From assembly GCA_964035545.1 (NCBI GenBank), contig OZ037768.1, positions 5,240,741 through 5,304,740 on the forward strand: a DNA stretch of 64,000 bases, read 5' to 3'. Numbering within the stretch: position 1 is the first letter of the stretch; each line of letters begins with the position of its first letter. The position numbers and the translations under genes were made by a program. The DNA is from Bugula neritina. Lineage: Eukaryota > Animalia > Bryozoa. The notes under the pieces are model-generated. The model was not told the origin of the DNA, did no database searches, and saw nothing but the letters and a program-made list of their open reading frames with translations. Shown here in pieces: positions 43,220-58,135 of this stretch.

Positions 43220-46200
43220 GTCATGTGGCCTCAATGAGTCACAGCTATGCTGCAGACATGATAACGCTGAATCCCATTGGACCACCATCTCCTATGCAGA
43301 TTGTTCAATTCTCAATAATCCTTCCTCTAACAAGAATAACTAAACACACTGCATAATATATGTAAGACTATGATAACGTATTTTAGTATCACCGTGGCCA
43401 TCAGTTGATTTATTTGAATTACTTGTACATATAATAATGAGAGTACGCTGTATTGCTGAACCCTGCTGCTACGTAGTTTCTACTTTAAATATTTTATGAT
43501 GGTGGTTAGAGACAATTATAACGCAATGAAATGTAGTCACTTGATGGAACTGAAACTAAAAATATTCTTCTACGTGTAGATAAAATAGATGTCTGTAGAT
43601 ATTTATGATTGCAAGAAATATTATATTGTGTATAAATTATTTTTTCTAAACTCAGTAACAAGAGCAATCTTTGCCTTATATTATAATGAATTTCAGCTCT
43701 GGCTAATGTTTTATTTTATCATCATTCTCCTTTCTCTCTTTTAATTGTGTTATTTTTGTTTAGCACTTCAACCGTAGTTAGTTTCCCCCATTCACTCCGT
43801 CTTTACCCTTAGCTTGCTGTAGTGTTGTATGTCAGATTTGTAATTGGTGTAGGCACATTATATTTTAGTAATTAGGATTTTAGCCATGCTAATTATTTAT
43901 CCAAAAACGTGTGAAATTAATATGAAAATGCCTTCTAACTTTAAAGAGATGCATGAATTTATTATTGGGATTGTATTCAACTCAAGGATATTCATACCAT
44001 TTATATTAGATTCAACTCATATTATCAAGAGAGAAGATAATTCCATCTGACTTCTAATATTTGAATTCCTAATTTACCAATTATTATTGACCAATGAGAT
44101 GCTCAAATGCCTGGAATTATTCATTAGATATTACTAGCCAATCTTCTCTTTTTGAGTGATTCATCTACCATCATAATATCTTTGCCATGGGGATAAGAAT
44201 ATTGTTATAATACAGTACATAACAGCGCATTAATTACATCACTTATTATGCATTACAGCTTAGAATTATCTTCTCCATTATATAAGTTGGCTTTTGCCTC
44301 TACTCTAACCTTATTGTAACCTGCTGTGAGCGGGCTTCATAATATACAGACGTCTGCTTTAAGTAACTAATATATCAGTCCAACTCTTAACGATAATTAA
44401 AGTGAATTATTGAACAATTGTCTTTTTTACAATTTTTATATTCAAAATACTTTTGGTGCTTAAAATAAGATACAGAATTTAGTTTAGTGTTAAAGGATAA
44501 TGCCAATCTCTTTTTTGTTAATTAAATTTTGCATTATAATAATATTCAATCATCCCTGGTAATAATGATTTCATCAGCTAGCTTGTGGTGAATATTTATA
44601 TCATGTATTTTACAGTGCGTAAGCAGCTAGTGTTTGTATGATAATTATAGCTCGATACTACCATGCTATTGCTATAAGATGTTTCTAGTGAGTTAGAGTA
44701 GGTGTTAGCTTCATCCATGTATCTAGGCGTTTTAAATGTCAACAGAAAAAAAATATAATATTGTGATATATAATTATATTATGATAACTTAAATCATTAT
44801 GTGTGTTCCTTTATTTTGGTCCTACTAGTAGATTTATCATGTACCTTTATAATATAAATATATTGTTCTTATAAAATTTAAAATTCACAAAAATAAAATA
44901 TATTCTGTTTTACATTCAACAAATATCTTGTACTTAGATTGAATTTATAAAATATGCAAAAATCTTATATTTGATTGGTCAGAAATGAAGGACTCAAAGT
45001 GTTGGCCGTTAGCTATTATCTCTTGCAGGCATTATTTTATATTTTAAAATACTGTCCAATAAATTTGCAAAACAATGAATGGTTTTTAAAAGAGTTAAAA
45101 TAAAATATCATGAACTACAGCTTTAGGATAATTGCCAGTGCTTAAAGCAACTGTTGATAAACTGCATTCATAAATTTGTAACTAGAAAAATTACAATATA
45201 TTCAACAGCGGCAAATTTATTTGTGTCAGAAGTGTTACTGTCAATAACCTTATTACAGACTACTGTTGCAGTCATGGCATTGCTTTAGTTCTACTGTTAG
45301 ATTAATGATTCATAGTTTGGAGGGAGAGTCAAACCAGCCGGTTGCTTAAAGTGCTAGGCAGGGCAATTTTCATGAACACGACTCATATTTAACTCAATAA
45401 ATCTGTTAGCTAAGCATACAGGCGTAAGCTATGTACACACTGGAGTTATCAGTCCTTGCATAACTTTTTATCTTGATAGCCATTACAACATCCAATGCAT
45501 TTGTCTGAAGAGATGCATATTGCTTGAACAAAGTAGAGCTGTATATTAAATGGGTTGTATGAAAACCTAGTAAGATATGTTCGCCAGAATCTTACTAATA
45601 AACAAATGCTCTCACTTGTTCATGCAGTGTCAAAGTAATTAAATACTTGGCAGATTTTGGTGAATAGACAAAACCTTTGCTAGGTTTACTTCGCAGTGTT
45701 TTTAGCACTCGCTCATAAAAATGCGTAGTCTTATCAAAGATCTGTGTGAGTGGGATATATAAATATTGCAAAATACGCTAACATTTATAAGTCTATGTTA
45801 TTGTATTGTGCAAATCTATCTCTGCCAACAGTTTTTTCTTTGATAGAAATGTTCTTTTTTCAGCAGACATACAAGTTGTTGGAAAACCCAAGTTTATAAC
45901 TGCAAAAAAATTGCAAATTATATTTGAAGTTTAAATATATATTTTAATGTCGTTTTATATATTAGAAAAAAATGCTGAGTTCCATGAAAGTAAAACTCAT
46001 TTGACCCACTAATTGCATGAAACCCAAAAACTATTGTTTTTGTAATGTAAGTAAGGACTAACAGTTGGGGTAACTCTTTATAGACTTAGTGCAGTTCCAT
46101 ACATTGTTTGCAGTGGTGCTGCACTTGGGCCACTATCAAGTGTTTTTACTATGAAGGTCCACATCAGATAAAAATCTTTATAATAATAATGAGAACATGC

Positions 46201-46721
46201 ATAAGTCCGTTATGCTCCACTAAATCTACTAACAAAACTTTATTGATTTGTATACTTCACCGGACAACTTTCGTCTAATCAGGATTAATAATAGCTTTAT
46301 TACAGCTCAACATAAACATTCAGTGTTGAAGGGGTTTTGTTTGAATATCAATATGTATTAAATATACCATAGAACCTTTTAATATTTACTTTAGGTTCAT
46401 ATTAAACTGAATAATTGTAATGCTAGCTACAACACACAATGGATTGATAAACTAAGAGGTGGATGCAGAATTTAAAAAACTGGGGTACGTTTATCAACTT
46501 TCTTTTTATTTAACTACTAGGTTAATGCAAATGAATACTTAAACTTTCTGGCCATGTAACAGCTTTAGAATATTGCAAAAAAAATCTAGTACAAATATAA
46601 TTGCATTGAAAAGTTTCCATTGCACTACATAGTTGCTTCTCCCCTAAGAATCTTGTTTTAAAATTTACACTCCTTTTTATGACTTTTACCAGACTTGCAC
46701 ATAGAATTGTTACTAAGTGAG

Positions 46722-46736
46722 GTCGCTAATGACAAC
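46722..46736. promoter_or_regulatory. RFX X-box-like motif about 120 bp upstream of the EFCAB6-like ATG
   Basis: GTCGCTAATGACAAC is an imperfect X-box-type palindrome with a 1-nt longer spacer. Confidence 0.4.
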
Positions 46737-46857
46737 AATACTCTATACTAAGATGGTGGAATACAGACTGTTGAGAATTTCAATGTGATTTAAGAGCAGT
46801 AAATATCAATCTCACTTAGTTCGTGCATTTGGAGTAGAGATTAGATAACCAGCAACC

Positions 46858-49800
46858 ATGTCTCGGGCCGCTGTAGTCAGCAGGCCAGTCACACAGCAGT
46901 CTGCTAAGTTACCACTACTACCAGCTATTCAACATCCTATGTCAGGCATGGCTCCTGGACCTGCACAGATTGACGTGGTGGGTGCCAATGCACCATGCTC
47001 CAGGCAAGGCAGTCGTCCATTAGCCGCAGAGCAAGACTATAAGGTACCAAAGAGATTGAGCACGGCTGGTAGCAGGGCTCAGTCCGTGCCAGCAAACAAG
47101 GAGTTCAGTCCAAGAAGAGTGGAGACTGTACCAGAAGGTGTACAGGTTACAGAGGGTGACCCCAACAAGACTAGGATGCCTATTTTTGGTGAGTAATTAT
47201 GCTTAACTTTCTTAGCCTTCACCATTAAGCAGATTATAATCTTTAACTAGAGCAAACTTTTTTTGCCTACCAATACTTTTTCTTTTAAGACATTTGTTTG
47301 TGTCTTGAATGACTGAAAACTAAGGTAAACTAAACTGAATTTATAGAACTTTTCCCACTCTGGGATTTGAACCTGGCTTGCAAGCAGGTACACTAACCAT
47401 TACACCATAGGGCTCTACAGAATTTATAAGCTTGAAGAGTGTCAATGTTTCCTGTGATCAAAATGATAATCTGTACATTAATGCCCTATCCAGTGACTAT
47501 GCATGATCTCAACTGATATGTAACACCCAGAAAACAGTAACTTTATGTGAGGCATTGTTATGAAGTTGATTAGTTTGTCTAGGTTATCAGCTATAAATAT
47601 ATTTCTACAGGAAATCGAAGTCAAATCGGCAGTAGAGAAAGTGTACTCAGCAGAGTTTCGAGTAGATTATCACAAGTCTCAACTCAAACTCGAATAGAGA
47701 TTGACGAGTTAGAGTCATTGATCAAAGAAAAATGTAGAACTCATTTTCATGAAGTTCAGAAGAAGTTTAAAGATAACGACCCTCAAGGACAAGGGAATGT
47801 CAACAAGTAAGAACACTATTCTATAGATTTTTGTTAGTTGTGAAAACACATTCAATTTTAGAGCCATTCACTGGTTTAAAAGTTTGTTTTCTGTTTTCTG
47901 TTCTGGAGTACCACTGCAACCACCATAAGTTTAGGTTTTAGCTTTTGGTCATAAATGGAAGTCACTGCTTTTAAGTTTTTAGACAGAAAAATGCATATAT
48001 AGATTTGGTTATAACTCTTCTAGCAATGATGATCTGTCAATTTATATATTTTGAGTTGTTAATGTAAAATGTTGAAGAATTATCAATGCATGTTTAGATG
48101 ATAGAAGGTTGCATCAGTTATTAGTTTAATTAAAGTAGTTATCAGTTATATAATGTTATATAATGTTAAGTTTGAGTTGTTGAGACACTGTCAGAATGAA
48201 ATGTGTTTCAATCAGATTTTTCTTGCCTTATTCATGATTATCATAGTCTGAGCCAACTGCCAGTGTCATGTAAACCAATCTTACATTTTTTCATAAAAAT
48301 TCTGCACCTACACTCTTTTGAAATTCAATCATTTCGAACAGTTTAAATTTTGTTTTCAATTAGATTTGCATGTAATATAATATAATATAGTGTAATGTAA
48401 CATAATATAATAATATGATATAATATAGATATGGTGCTAACCGGCTCATAAAAGTCATAGAAAGCACTCTGTATTACATGACATGTAACGTATTATCAAC
48501 GTCAGAGTGTCAGGAAACATAATAATGAAAATCTATAATATTCAAAGAACTTCGTCCATTATTTCCTGAATATTAGTTTTAAATGGAGATTAATTACATA
48601 GCAACTGCAGGCTAGCTACAACCTACTGCAGTTGATACTACAGTCTAATGCTGAGTGTGTTGTATATTCCTAAACTCATATTATATAATATACTTGTATA
48701 TCTATTGTGATTAGGCCTACATCCTCATGATAATTGTGTAATTCACAATATGATATTTACATTGTAGGTTTTTCTTTAGGCCAAAAAAACTGGTTGAAAA
48801 TAATTGAAATGATATTTGACTTTACTATGAAATAATTTTTTAAGGATTCAAGACCATAAAAGCAAAAAAAACACGTGAAAACCCAATATACTGAATATGT
48901 TCCTAATATTAAATCATGTTTTCCAATTTAATTGATCCAATTTGTAATTATGAAAAGAAATGGTATATTGCTTAGGGCAACAGAAAATAAAATTTAGAGC
49001 TTTTTAATTAAATAGTTGAAGATGATTTATTTATTTGTGTAAAATGCAACATAAACTTATTTGTTTCAGAGAGGCTCTTCATCGAATTGTTACAATTATT
49101 ACTGGAAAACAAGTCAGCCAGCAGCTTTTCACCAAAATGTTGCAGAGAATTGGTCTTCTTGACAAAAACATAATTCACTTTGCTGAGTTCTTCTCCAAGT
49201 TTCGAATTCTACCGAGTAGCGCATATCCTCAGTGGATGACATCAATAAATAAGAATTTCAACGATAGACCAGTCTTAAATGCTGTTCAAGTTCACTCTTT
49301 ACTGAAAGAGAAAGCGAGGCAAAGGTTAGTTTGTGTGTTGGTTGAGTGTTATCTCCACTTTGAATGTTAATACATGAAAGTTCATTCTGAATTCTATATG
49401 TTATATATTCATAGTGGTAATACGGGTAAGAAAATATAATTACAGTCATTCTGTTTGTTTTGTTTTGTCTAGTCTAAATTTATGAACTAATAAACATAAA
49501 AGTTAGATAGAATGCTGCTTTTTGAAAATATTTAATTTGTAAAATTTGTTCTGTTTTTTTTGTGAAAATGTCGCTTACAAAAGCTGAGTATATTTTAAAA
49601 ATAGAATTATTTGTGTTATATTATATTACTCATAGTCCAAGAATGTATAAAACACAATTTAAGAAAGAAATGCTTTTTATTTTATAGAATTCTCAATGGG
49701 ACAAGGTATTTTCCATCACTTCTGTCATGCTACAATACTCATAAGCAATTCCTAGTATATACATGTCATTATAAAACACAGTAAAATGTGTAAAATTTGG

Positions 49801-52800
49801 TAGATATTGTAGTACTCAAAATCTGTAAAACTTTTAGCACCAGCCTACCTTCTACTCCTAGATGTTGTACATATATATATAACCTAACACTGTAGCTACT
49901 CATTCTTTTGTTCTTTCCATAGAAACCAAATTCATCAGACATTTTATTTTATAAGCTTTTGCATGGTGTTGTCTCGTCCAATGAATGTTTTGCATTACGT
50001 GACTTTTAAATAGCCATGTAGACTGTCTGCCAGCCTTGCAGATACTGCGATATATGGGAAGATAATCTATTGTACCAAATTTAGTATCATTTGTGAGGCA
50101 TGTATATAGGTTTGCCAACCAACAATACGTTAATATAGTTCAATATGTATTTCGCAGAGTACTTGATGTGGCTGATATAGTACCTCAGACCAACCCAGGT
50201 GGCGCTGCTAGACTTTTGAAGCCAGAGTTTAAAAATGCTCTCAATAAACTCATGTTCAGTATGGATGACGATGAGTTTGAAAGACTTTGGCAAAAGTAAG
50301 TTGTGCTTTTGAGCTGGATGTACATAATTTATTATACTTATTAGTGTGTTATTTAAATCATTGTTTTCCTATAACATACATAAAATACTTACCATGTATA
50401 TATGCTTCTAAACACTTGGTTAGTTGTGTACCATATTGGCTGCTGATTGTATGGCAGGTATGATGATGAAAATATTGGAGTGATTGACGGAGCTAAACTA
50501 ATGAAGAAACTTGGAATAACTTTGGCAGATCGTAAAACTGCTTCTAATGGAGATGCAGAGCTTCCACCTGCCATGAGAGCACAACCCTCGGATTCTCCAG
50601 AACCATGTGAGGTTTTAATTATACATATCAACTCCTTTATATTCTGTACGTGTTTGAATAAAGGTATATGTATTATAATAAGGGAATGATGTTATTTGCT
50701 CAACTTTAGTCACTAATAAATAAAAAATTTAGCTTAAGAGGTAGATACTTCATATCATGTCCACAACTATATGTAGCTACATCCACATCCGTGAACATGC
50801 AGTCCATATTTCCCAATGCCCTTGTTTATGCATGAGTTTTTCTAAGATAACACTATGACTGCTATAAAACAGGTTCAGTAAGAATATGCGCAGTTCTTCA
50901 TAATAAAACTTTATCTGTTATACAGCCGAGTCACCCCGCAAGAAGGAAACCGCTCGGCAGAGGTCAATTGATATTGAAAGATGGCTGAAAAATAAATTTC
51001 GAGAAGGTTTCCAAGGAATGAAAACCGGGTTTGAAGAAAAAGACCCGGAGAAAGCCGGAGTGGTAAGTTTATATTCTTCATTGCTGATACTAGTATAATA
51101 GCCTGTGTGATTGTGCTGTGTTAAGACTATATGTAAGTAGGTGATGTGTTGTGGTGGTTCACTCCATGCTGCTAGATGCTGATACTATTAGTTTGGACAC
51201 TGTTACAGCTAGGGGAAGGCTTTTCATCATGGTTCTAGGTCTAATTCTTTCTCTACTACAATATGATTTGTACTGTATTAATGTAAGACCACACTCTATT
51301 ATATTTGTATTAAATTATCCCTAAATATTATGCAGTACGTGACATATTTATAGCACTTTATCTCTACATCTGTATGTTTTATATGTGAACACCAGGTATC
51401 TGCAGGAGATTTCTGCTCTATACTCGCAAAATATGGTTTGAAATTAGAAAGAAATCGCTTAGATGAATTCCTGGCCAGATGTGGAGTTTCTCAATTGAAG
51501 ACTGGCGTACCTTACAGGGTATGGCGTTAAATTGTTTTGCAGATTGCAACATTTGTGTAATTTAGGCAATGCACACGCAACTTTAGATACAGTTTTACTA
51601 CATTTTGATAGCAATTGGCTGTGTTCAAAATAATTTTTGCATTTGAAGAAATTATTTTAACAAAATTAATATTAGTTACAAAAGATGTAAAAACAACACC
51701 TTGTTATGTGTGTTTACTATTGCTGTTTGTAGGAGTTCTTACACAGGTTCCAAGATAGAAGTGAAGAAGGGATGCCTCACAAAATACTAGGCGACCCCCA
51801 TCACCGTTACAACAAATCAGTACGATCTGGTAGCCCAGGAGCACAGTCAGCACTCAGTGCTATTGAGGCTCAACTAATGAACATGTTTCAGCAAGACTTC
51901 CTCTCCCTCATCGGAACATTCCAGTAAGTTTTCTTTAAACTGTGTGCGTATACGTGTGCGTGTGTGCGTGTGTTCATGTGTGCGTGCGTGCGTGCGTGTG
52001 TGTGTAGTGACAACAATATACTAATAAATTAGTTTGTTATTGTATCTAGTATGCCAATTAGAAACTGATTTTTATAGTTTATCAGCTAACAAGTTATTAT
52101 AAATCTAAAGACTAACTTGGACATAACCCAGAATTGCTAAAAGCTAATTAAATGACATAATTATATACCTAATGACAAATAAAATACTGTGCAAATTATA
52201 GTTACATATTTCATAGACATTTTCCAAAATCATATACTTACACCAAAGTTACAGGAAATGATGATCTCTGTTATGATTTGTAGTAAAATTGACCGTCTGG
52301 GTACGGATGTGATCTCACAAGAAGAGTTTAGAGCCGCCATTGAGAGTCGGTTTAATATTGAGATGACGGAAGAGCAGTTTAGGAATCTTGTTGATCACGT
52401 GCCGTTGACAAGCGAAGGAGATGTGAAATATGCGGAGTTTATGTCACAGTTTGACACCCGGTAAGTACTACTTCCATTGGTTGTTGATCTCATTGTGTCT
52501 TATGGTGATGCATTCATTCTACCATCTAAGAAGTAATTAGCATGTATATTGTAACTATGGTAATGTAATGTATGATGTTATACATCTTCGATTATAAAAT
52601 TATGGTATTATCATCGATATTGTTATAGAAAAATGTTAGCATTTCATTTCTATAACGTTTGTTCTCTTCTCAATAAAACTCAGGCAAGTTTATAGTCACT
52701 ATCCCTGTGAGAAACCCCTGATAGAAAGGGTTTTTGTTAAAACGGGCTAAGGACTTGTTTAATTGAGACACAGGAGCAATTATGACTGGATGCTCTTCCT

Positions 52801-55800
52801 AACAGGGCTCGAATCCATGACCTTCGTGTTTACTAGGCAAACGCTCTAACCCCTAGACCACGGCTGCTCCCTTGTTCTCTTCTCAATGCTGATCATATAT
52901 TGTACTCGATGATTATGTGTTATACTCATGCTATGACTATCAATTTTTATATTTATACATCCAAATCACAAACTTGCATTCTTGTAAAACAATACCACTG
53001 CTTTCACTGAACCCATTTGGTCACAGGTTTTACACAAATATTAGTTTACAGTCATATGCTATATAATATGTTAGATTATGACATCAGATTATATATAAAA
53101 TAATTTATGTTTATTTAGTGGTGACACAAAGAGCTTGTTCACTACAACTGGGGTGGCAAAAGGTGCTCCTACCAAAACAGACGACAAAGGAAACAACCTA
53201 CTGGTCTTGGACGACGAAGGTCATGCTAGGAGGAGTGTAGAGGAAATTCACATGATAATTAAATCTCTGTTTAGTCATCAATACAAAGCAGTAAGTTCCT
53301 GACAAGACAATCAATGTAAAACCGATAGTATACGTATCACAAAGCAGTAAGTGTTTCACAGAGTATGTATGCCATTAAGCTTCAGTTATTATTGTGTTTA
53401 AAGTATAATTTAAACTACATTTAAGCAATCCAAGTTCATTATTTCTCAGCTATGAGGTAGTTAAATCTTTCTCAGACTAATATAAACAAGTTATTACAGA
53501 TATGAAACTTTGCATAAAGAAGTACAGGTGCAGCTGAAAAGTTGAGCATGACAATTACTGTGTATCATGTGCATAGGAATATTATAATAGTTTTGACACA
53601 GGGAATTATATAATACAATAATTGATTGGCACACTTTCTATCAATAGACAAGATATTGCAATAAATATTGACACGATCAAGATTTACAATTATTAGTATC
53701 TAAATTGGACAGATCAATATGTCTGGTGTTTGACATGTTTGTGAAAAAATATTTAGTGTAATCTTATTTCTATTGCAGTTAGAAAAATATTTTAGTGAAA
53801 TGGAAGAATTTAACTCCCAAAGACTGTCACATGAAACTTTATACAAACTTTTGAAAAGGTAAACTATTTATACTTTCGCCTTACTAAAGGGTCTTTACTC
53901 TTTAATTAGCAATATTACTTTTTTAAATAATAACTAAAAAAAGCCGAAAGAAATGCTAGTGGCTATTTTCTACTTTATATAATAACAGGCGGTTTGATTT
54001 CAAAGTATAATCATAAATATATAAAGTCAACATTATTTGTCATCGAAACAATGTTTTTTTTTGAACAAAAAGTAGCACGAGAAGACAAATCTTATATTTT
54101 TAGATTTGATATAAGTCCACCGGTGAACAGAGGAGAGATAAGGGAACTGTGGAAAACATTCATCACTAACAGAGACGGCAAACTTGAGTGGTTGCAGTTT
54201 GTGCGGACATTTGGTCATTCTATGAAATCTGCATCGTATCCCAACGCTAAGCTTCATCCACCGACAAAAGGAGATGCAGACTATTCAAAGAGAAGTAAAA
54301 TACTCAACAGTGATATGGACCTGCTACAAGACTCCCTCAGATCAAAGGTAGTTGAATATTTACCTGCAAGTGTCTAAACTAGTAGAGAAATTAGATACTC
54401 TTATGTCTATCATCTAATAGCAGCACAAAGTAAGATACTGCTGTGTCAGGGTTGTGTTATTGTATTAACTCAACACACAGCATAATGTTATACTGCATTC
54501 GTCCAAAAGATAAGTTCTTTATCTTAAAACAATGATATTTAAAAAACAAAGAAGTAATTCAAGTCTGGATGTTGCAGGAAATTGTCGATCATATTATATA
54601 TCAATCAGTTACTATCATTATTTTGCTATCAATCATGTAGCAAAGAACTGAAACGACATGCAACTTTGTATTAATAGTTGAGTAACTTCATTGCACTGCA
54701 CAGATGTAACAATAGTAAAAGTGTAAAATAACATATACTTTTGCACTGAAGACTGCCTAACCACAAAAGAACACTGTATAAAATGCATCTATGTGTTATC
54801 ATCATGCATCATATATATTACATGCGCAGCATAATGCAAAATATCTTGCAGAGTGGGAGCTTGTGTGTCCCATCACACCACACCGTGAGTAGTTTCAGGT
54901 GGCTTTCAACTTTGAACTGCATCATTTATCCGCCTTCCTCTTTCTACCAAGCTCCATGCTTCACACAGAGCATTGAGTTATGATTGTATGTTTGATATCC
55001 AAGAAAGTGTGAATTGACGTTTTCTATGCTTGTGTTTGCCAAAGTTACATATTTGCCGAAATTTTCCCATAAATATGGTTGTGTTACTTGTATTAATAAA
55101 ATATATTTTGTATAGTTCAGCTGGTTATCACCTTAATCTTAACTCTAAATAAATTATATAAGGTAAGCTTTATTAAGGATTTGTGATTTGAATTATTTTA
55201 GTCTAATATTTCTGTTGCACTAGATTGATTTTATGTGGGATGAGCTGAGAAAAGAATTTTTTGCCATGGATCCATATGGCACTGGATGTGTATCAAGGGA
55301 AGAGTTTAGAGACGTTCTAACTGAACTGTGTGTTCATCTCACGGAAACCGAGCTAAATGAAATAACAACTAAATTCACAGCATTAGATGGCAGGTAAGTT
55401 AAAGCTGGTTAGAATATTTTATTATAGATTAATTTTAACATAAACTAATGTCATGATGTGATAGCATTCTGCTCTTCGACTAATTTTAACATAAACATAA
55501 TGTAGCAGCTGCTGAAACTTGCGCCCATTGATTATTTCCTGTGTAGGTCAAGTTTTTCAAATTAGGTATACACCTATTATTTTTTGTTCTTTTTTTTAAA
55601 TATAGCAGCCTGAATTCTTATATTGCTCTCATGTTAAAGCTATCCTTAGTATATCAGACGTCCAGTTATCTCTGATCAAACTCCAACCTAAAGAGTTACA
55701 GAAAAAGCAATGCCATAATCAAACATATTCACATACACCTCATATTAACTGTTTTTGCTTTTTCATAAAAACAATTGAAATATTTTTTACTAGGTTTTGT

Positions 55801-56911
55801 AAAACTCAAACTAGAGGCATATAAACATTTATTGGAAATAGACTAGATATATATTCTATACCTACCATACTTACTATGTGTATCTCTGTAGAGTCTCGTA
55901 CATAGAGTTCCTACGACCATTCGCCATGAAGAGAGAAGTCTGGAAACATGGCAACAACTTAAATGATTTGCTCTCCCACCCTCGACAAGAGCTGCCCATA
56001 GCGGACATTGGTGAGCCACCACAGAAAGGTCTCGTTGGCTTCAGCTCCAAACTTAGACAGAAGGTAAATAAATAACCTCAACTCAATAATTTTTGTTTTT
56101 TTTTCAATTTGAATGACATATGCTCAAATTTTTATTGAAACATACTCTATTATTAAAATAAAAGTAACAGCTGAGATGTGAAACAATTGCTAAATTGTTG
56201 AGAATAAAAATATGTTGTAAAGGAATCAAGTGATAAATTATTTGACAATACATTTTATGCAGACTTGAGTGTAGAATAGTGTGCCTAAAAGCTTTGTCTG
56301 CTTCACCACATAAGAAAAACAAACATGCAGTATATTATTTGAGTAAAGATTTATTGAAGGATTACAACAATATTATGTATTTATGTACCCTGATGCATTC
56401 TCTTGAATTACAGTTGGCCGGGGATTGGAAGAACTTGCGCAGGGCATTTAAAAAATTAGACAAAACTGGAACTGGAATGCTGACTCTACCTGAATTCAGA
56501 AATGTGTTGAAACTTGCCAACGTAGTCCTTGATGAAGACGAGGTGTATAACGTTCTACACGCTTTTGATGAGGATCTTTCCGGAAAGTGAGTTTTATAAG
56601 TTTACCTTAGCATTACTTGAGATATAGAAATAATATGTTTTAATGCTAAATCATTATGTCTTCTATTCTAGTTAGAAGTTTGTCATGGCAAGTTTAAATG
56701 TAACCTTCATCTTGATATACTCAGTTATCTTACAAAGAAAAAACCTTTAATAAGAGTACTTGTGATGCTTATGTTGTGTCAAATATAAATATTTGCTGTT
56801 CTTGTATTTAATGAACAGCTTTTAACACTTTCACTTCTGTTTAGGATAAACTATAACAAGTTTCTCAGTGAGACTTTTCGACCGGAAAGCAAGAGATCTC
56901 AGAAACCGTGA
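46858..56911 (+). CDS. EFCAB6: EF-hand calcium-binding domain-containing protein 6-like (multiple EF-hand pairs); 16 exons, about 924 aa
   Basis: Exons 46858-47188, 47611-47806, 49070-49324, 50158-50295, 50458-50606, 50926-51062, 51396-51518, 51733-51923, 52284-52460, 53119-53290, 53779-53858, 54104-54347, 55224-55393, 55892-56063, 56414-56586, 56845-56911 (2775 nt, phases consistent). Repeated EF-hand-like units: FKDNDPQGQGNVN, YDDENIGVIDG, KIDRLGTDVISQEEF, MDPYGTGCVSREEFRDVL, WKNLRRAFKKLDKTGTGMLTLPEFRNVL, FDEDLSGKINYNKFL. Shorter than human EFCAB6, so it may be a paralog. Confidence 0.75.
47346..47419 (-). mobile_element. tRNA-derived SINE-like fragment (family B, copy 2) with a possible 9-bp target-site duplication
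   Basis: Minus strand reads GCCCTATGGTGTAATGGTTAG...GGTTCAAATCCC (A and B boxes). Flanked by GAATTTATA at 47337-47345 and 47420-47428. Confidence 0.6.
51941..52005. repeat. (TG)n/(GCGT)n microsatellite
   Basis: Directly visible. Confidence 0.85.
52675..52871 (-). mobile_element. tRNA-derived SINE (family A) with a perfect 16-bp target-site duplication
   Basis: TTGTTCTCTTCTCAAT at 52659-52674 and 52872-52887. The minus strand starts GGGAGCAGCCGTGGTCTAGGGGTTAGAGCG (A box) and has GGATTCGAGCCC (B box). Homologous to 39302-39508. Confidence 0.88.
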
Positions 56912-58135
56912 AGATATAGCCTTGTCAACGAACAATATTTAGAACATGCTGGGTCATTTATCTGATAGTTTCCTTTCAAATAGCATTCAGTTTTTCCTCC
57001 CAAATATTATGTACGTTTCACAATTACCTATTAATTATTATATTATATTGTGCATGTATTTAAATGTTTATTTTTCTCAACATACCATTAGATGTAATAT
57101 TTTTCAAACTAATATATATATATGCCGCACGTCTGTGATACCAAACACTAGCCACTGACAGCAAGTGCTAGTCTAGCTGTCTAGTATTGTCTCCAAGTAC
57201 ACCAAGACCAGGCTTGGGCTTTACGTGAAAATGTGAAAAGTTTTGTGAAACTTCATATTATAACTTCAAGTATAATAAATGCAGCTCAATGATAATCTGT
57301 TTTAATTTTAGTCAAACAAAACATACTGCCAGATAAATTTAACATAATTTTTTAAAGCACATCCACAAAATAAGGGGCCTGCATTGTAACTATTTAGTTG
57401 TGCTAAAATAGCAACTTCTGCAAACAAGATGTGTGTAGAATCCAGCCAGAGAGAAATATGGCCAGAATCTAACCCAACAGAACTTTTAATACTCAAATTG
57501 ATTAGGGCATAAACGGAGTGATCAAATACAGATGTTGGTTGGAGTCAAAATTTAAAATTTATTAGCAACTTGAAAATATGATTTAAAAGTAAACGGAATG
57601 TTATATTATACTGAGCAAAATGGTAAAATTAACACAAATTAAATTCTTTTCAGTTTGAAGCTAAAATATACATTATATAATGTGTATATATACCTGTTCA
57701 ACCTTTTCTATTAATAGAATAAGTGAATATGTCTACGATTTTCATACAGCCATTGCTAAATGATTGAATTTTATAATTTCTACTTGATACAAGCCATGAT
57801 AATTACAAGTAAATAATACCCTTCAATTGTGACAACAGTACTGTACACTATATACAAAAGGAATTTTTTGTAGCAAAGCCAGTCTAAAAAAAGTAAAACT
57901 CAAGACGAAAATATAGAAACTCACTGCAAATAAGTGTTAGACTAGAGACAAAACAAGCCGAGAAAAATAGATATTACTGCATAGGGCAGTTGAACACACC
58001 AGAGTAACAATATAGACATTGTACGAGCCTACACGTATCTATAATAGCCTGTGCTTGTTATATCATTATACCCTGAAGTCAGATAATTAAATAACATAGC
58101 CCGAGAGCTGCGGAATGATGATAATCTTTGAGGTG

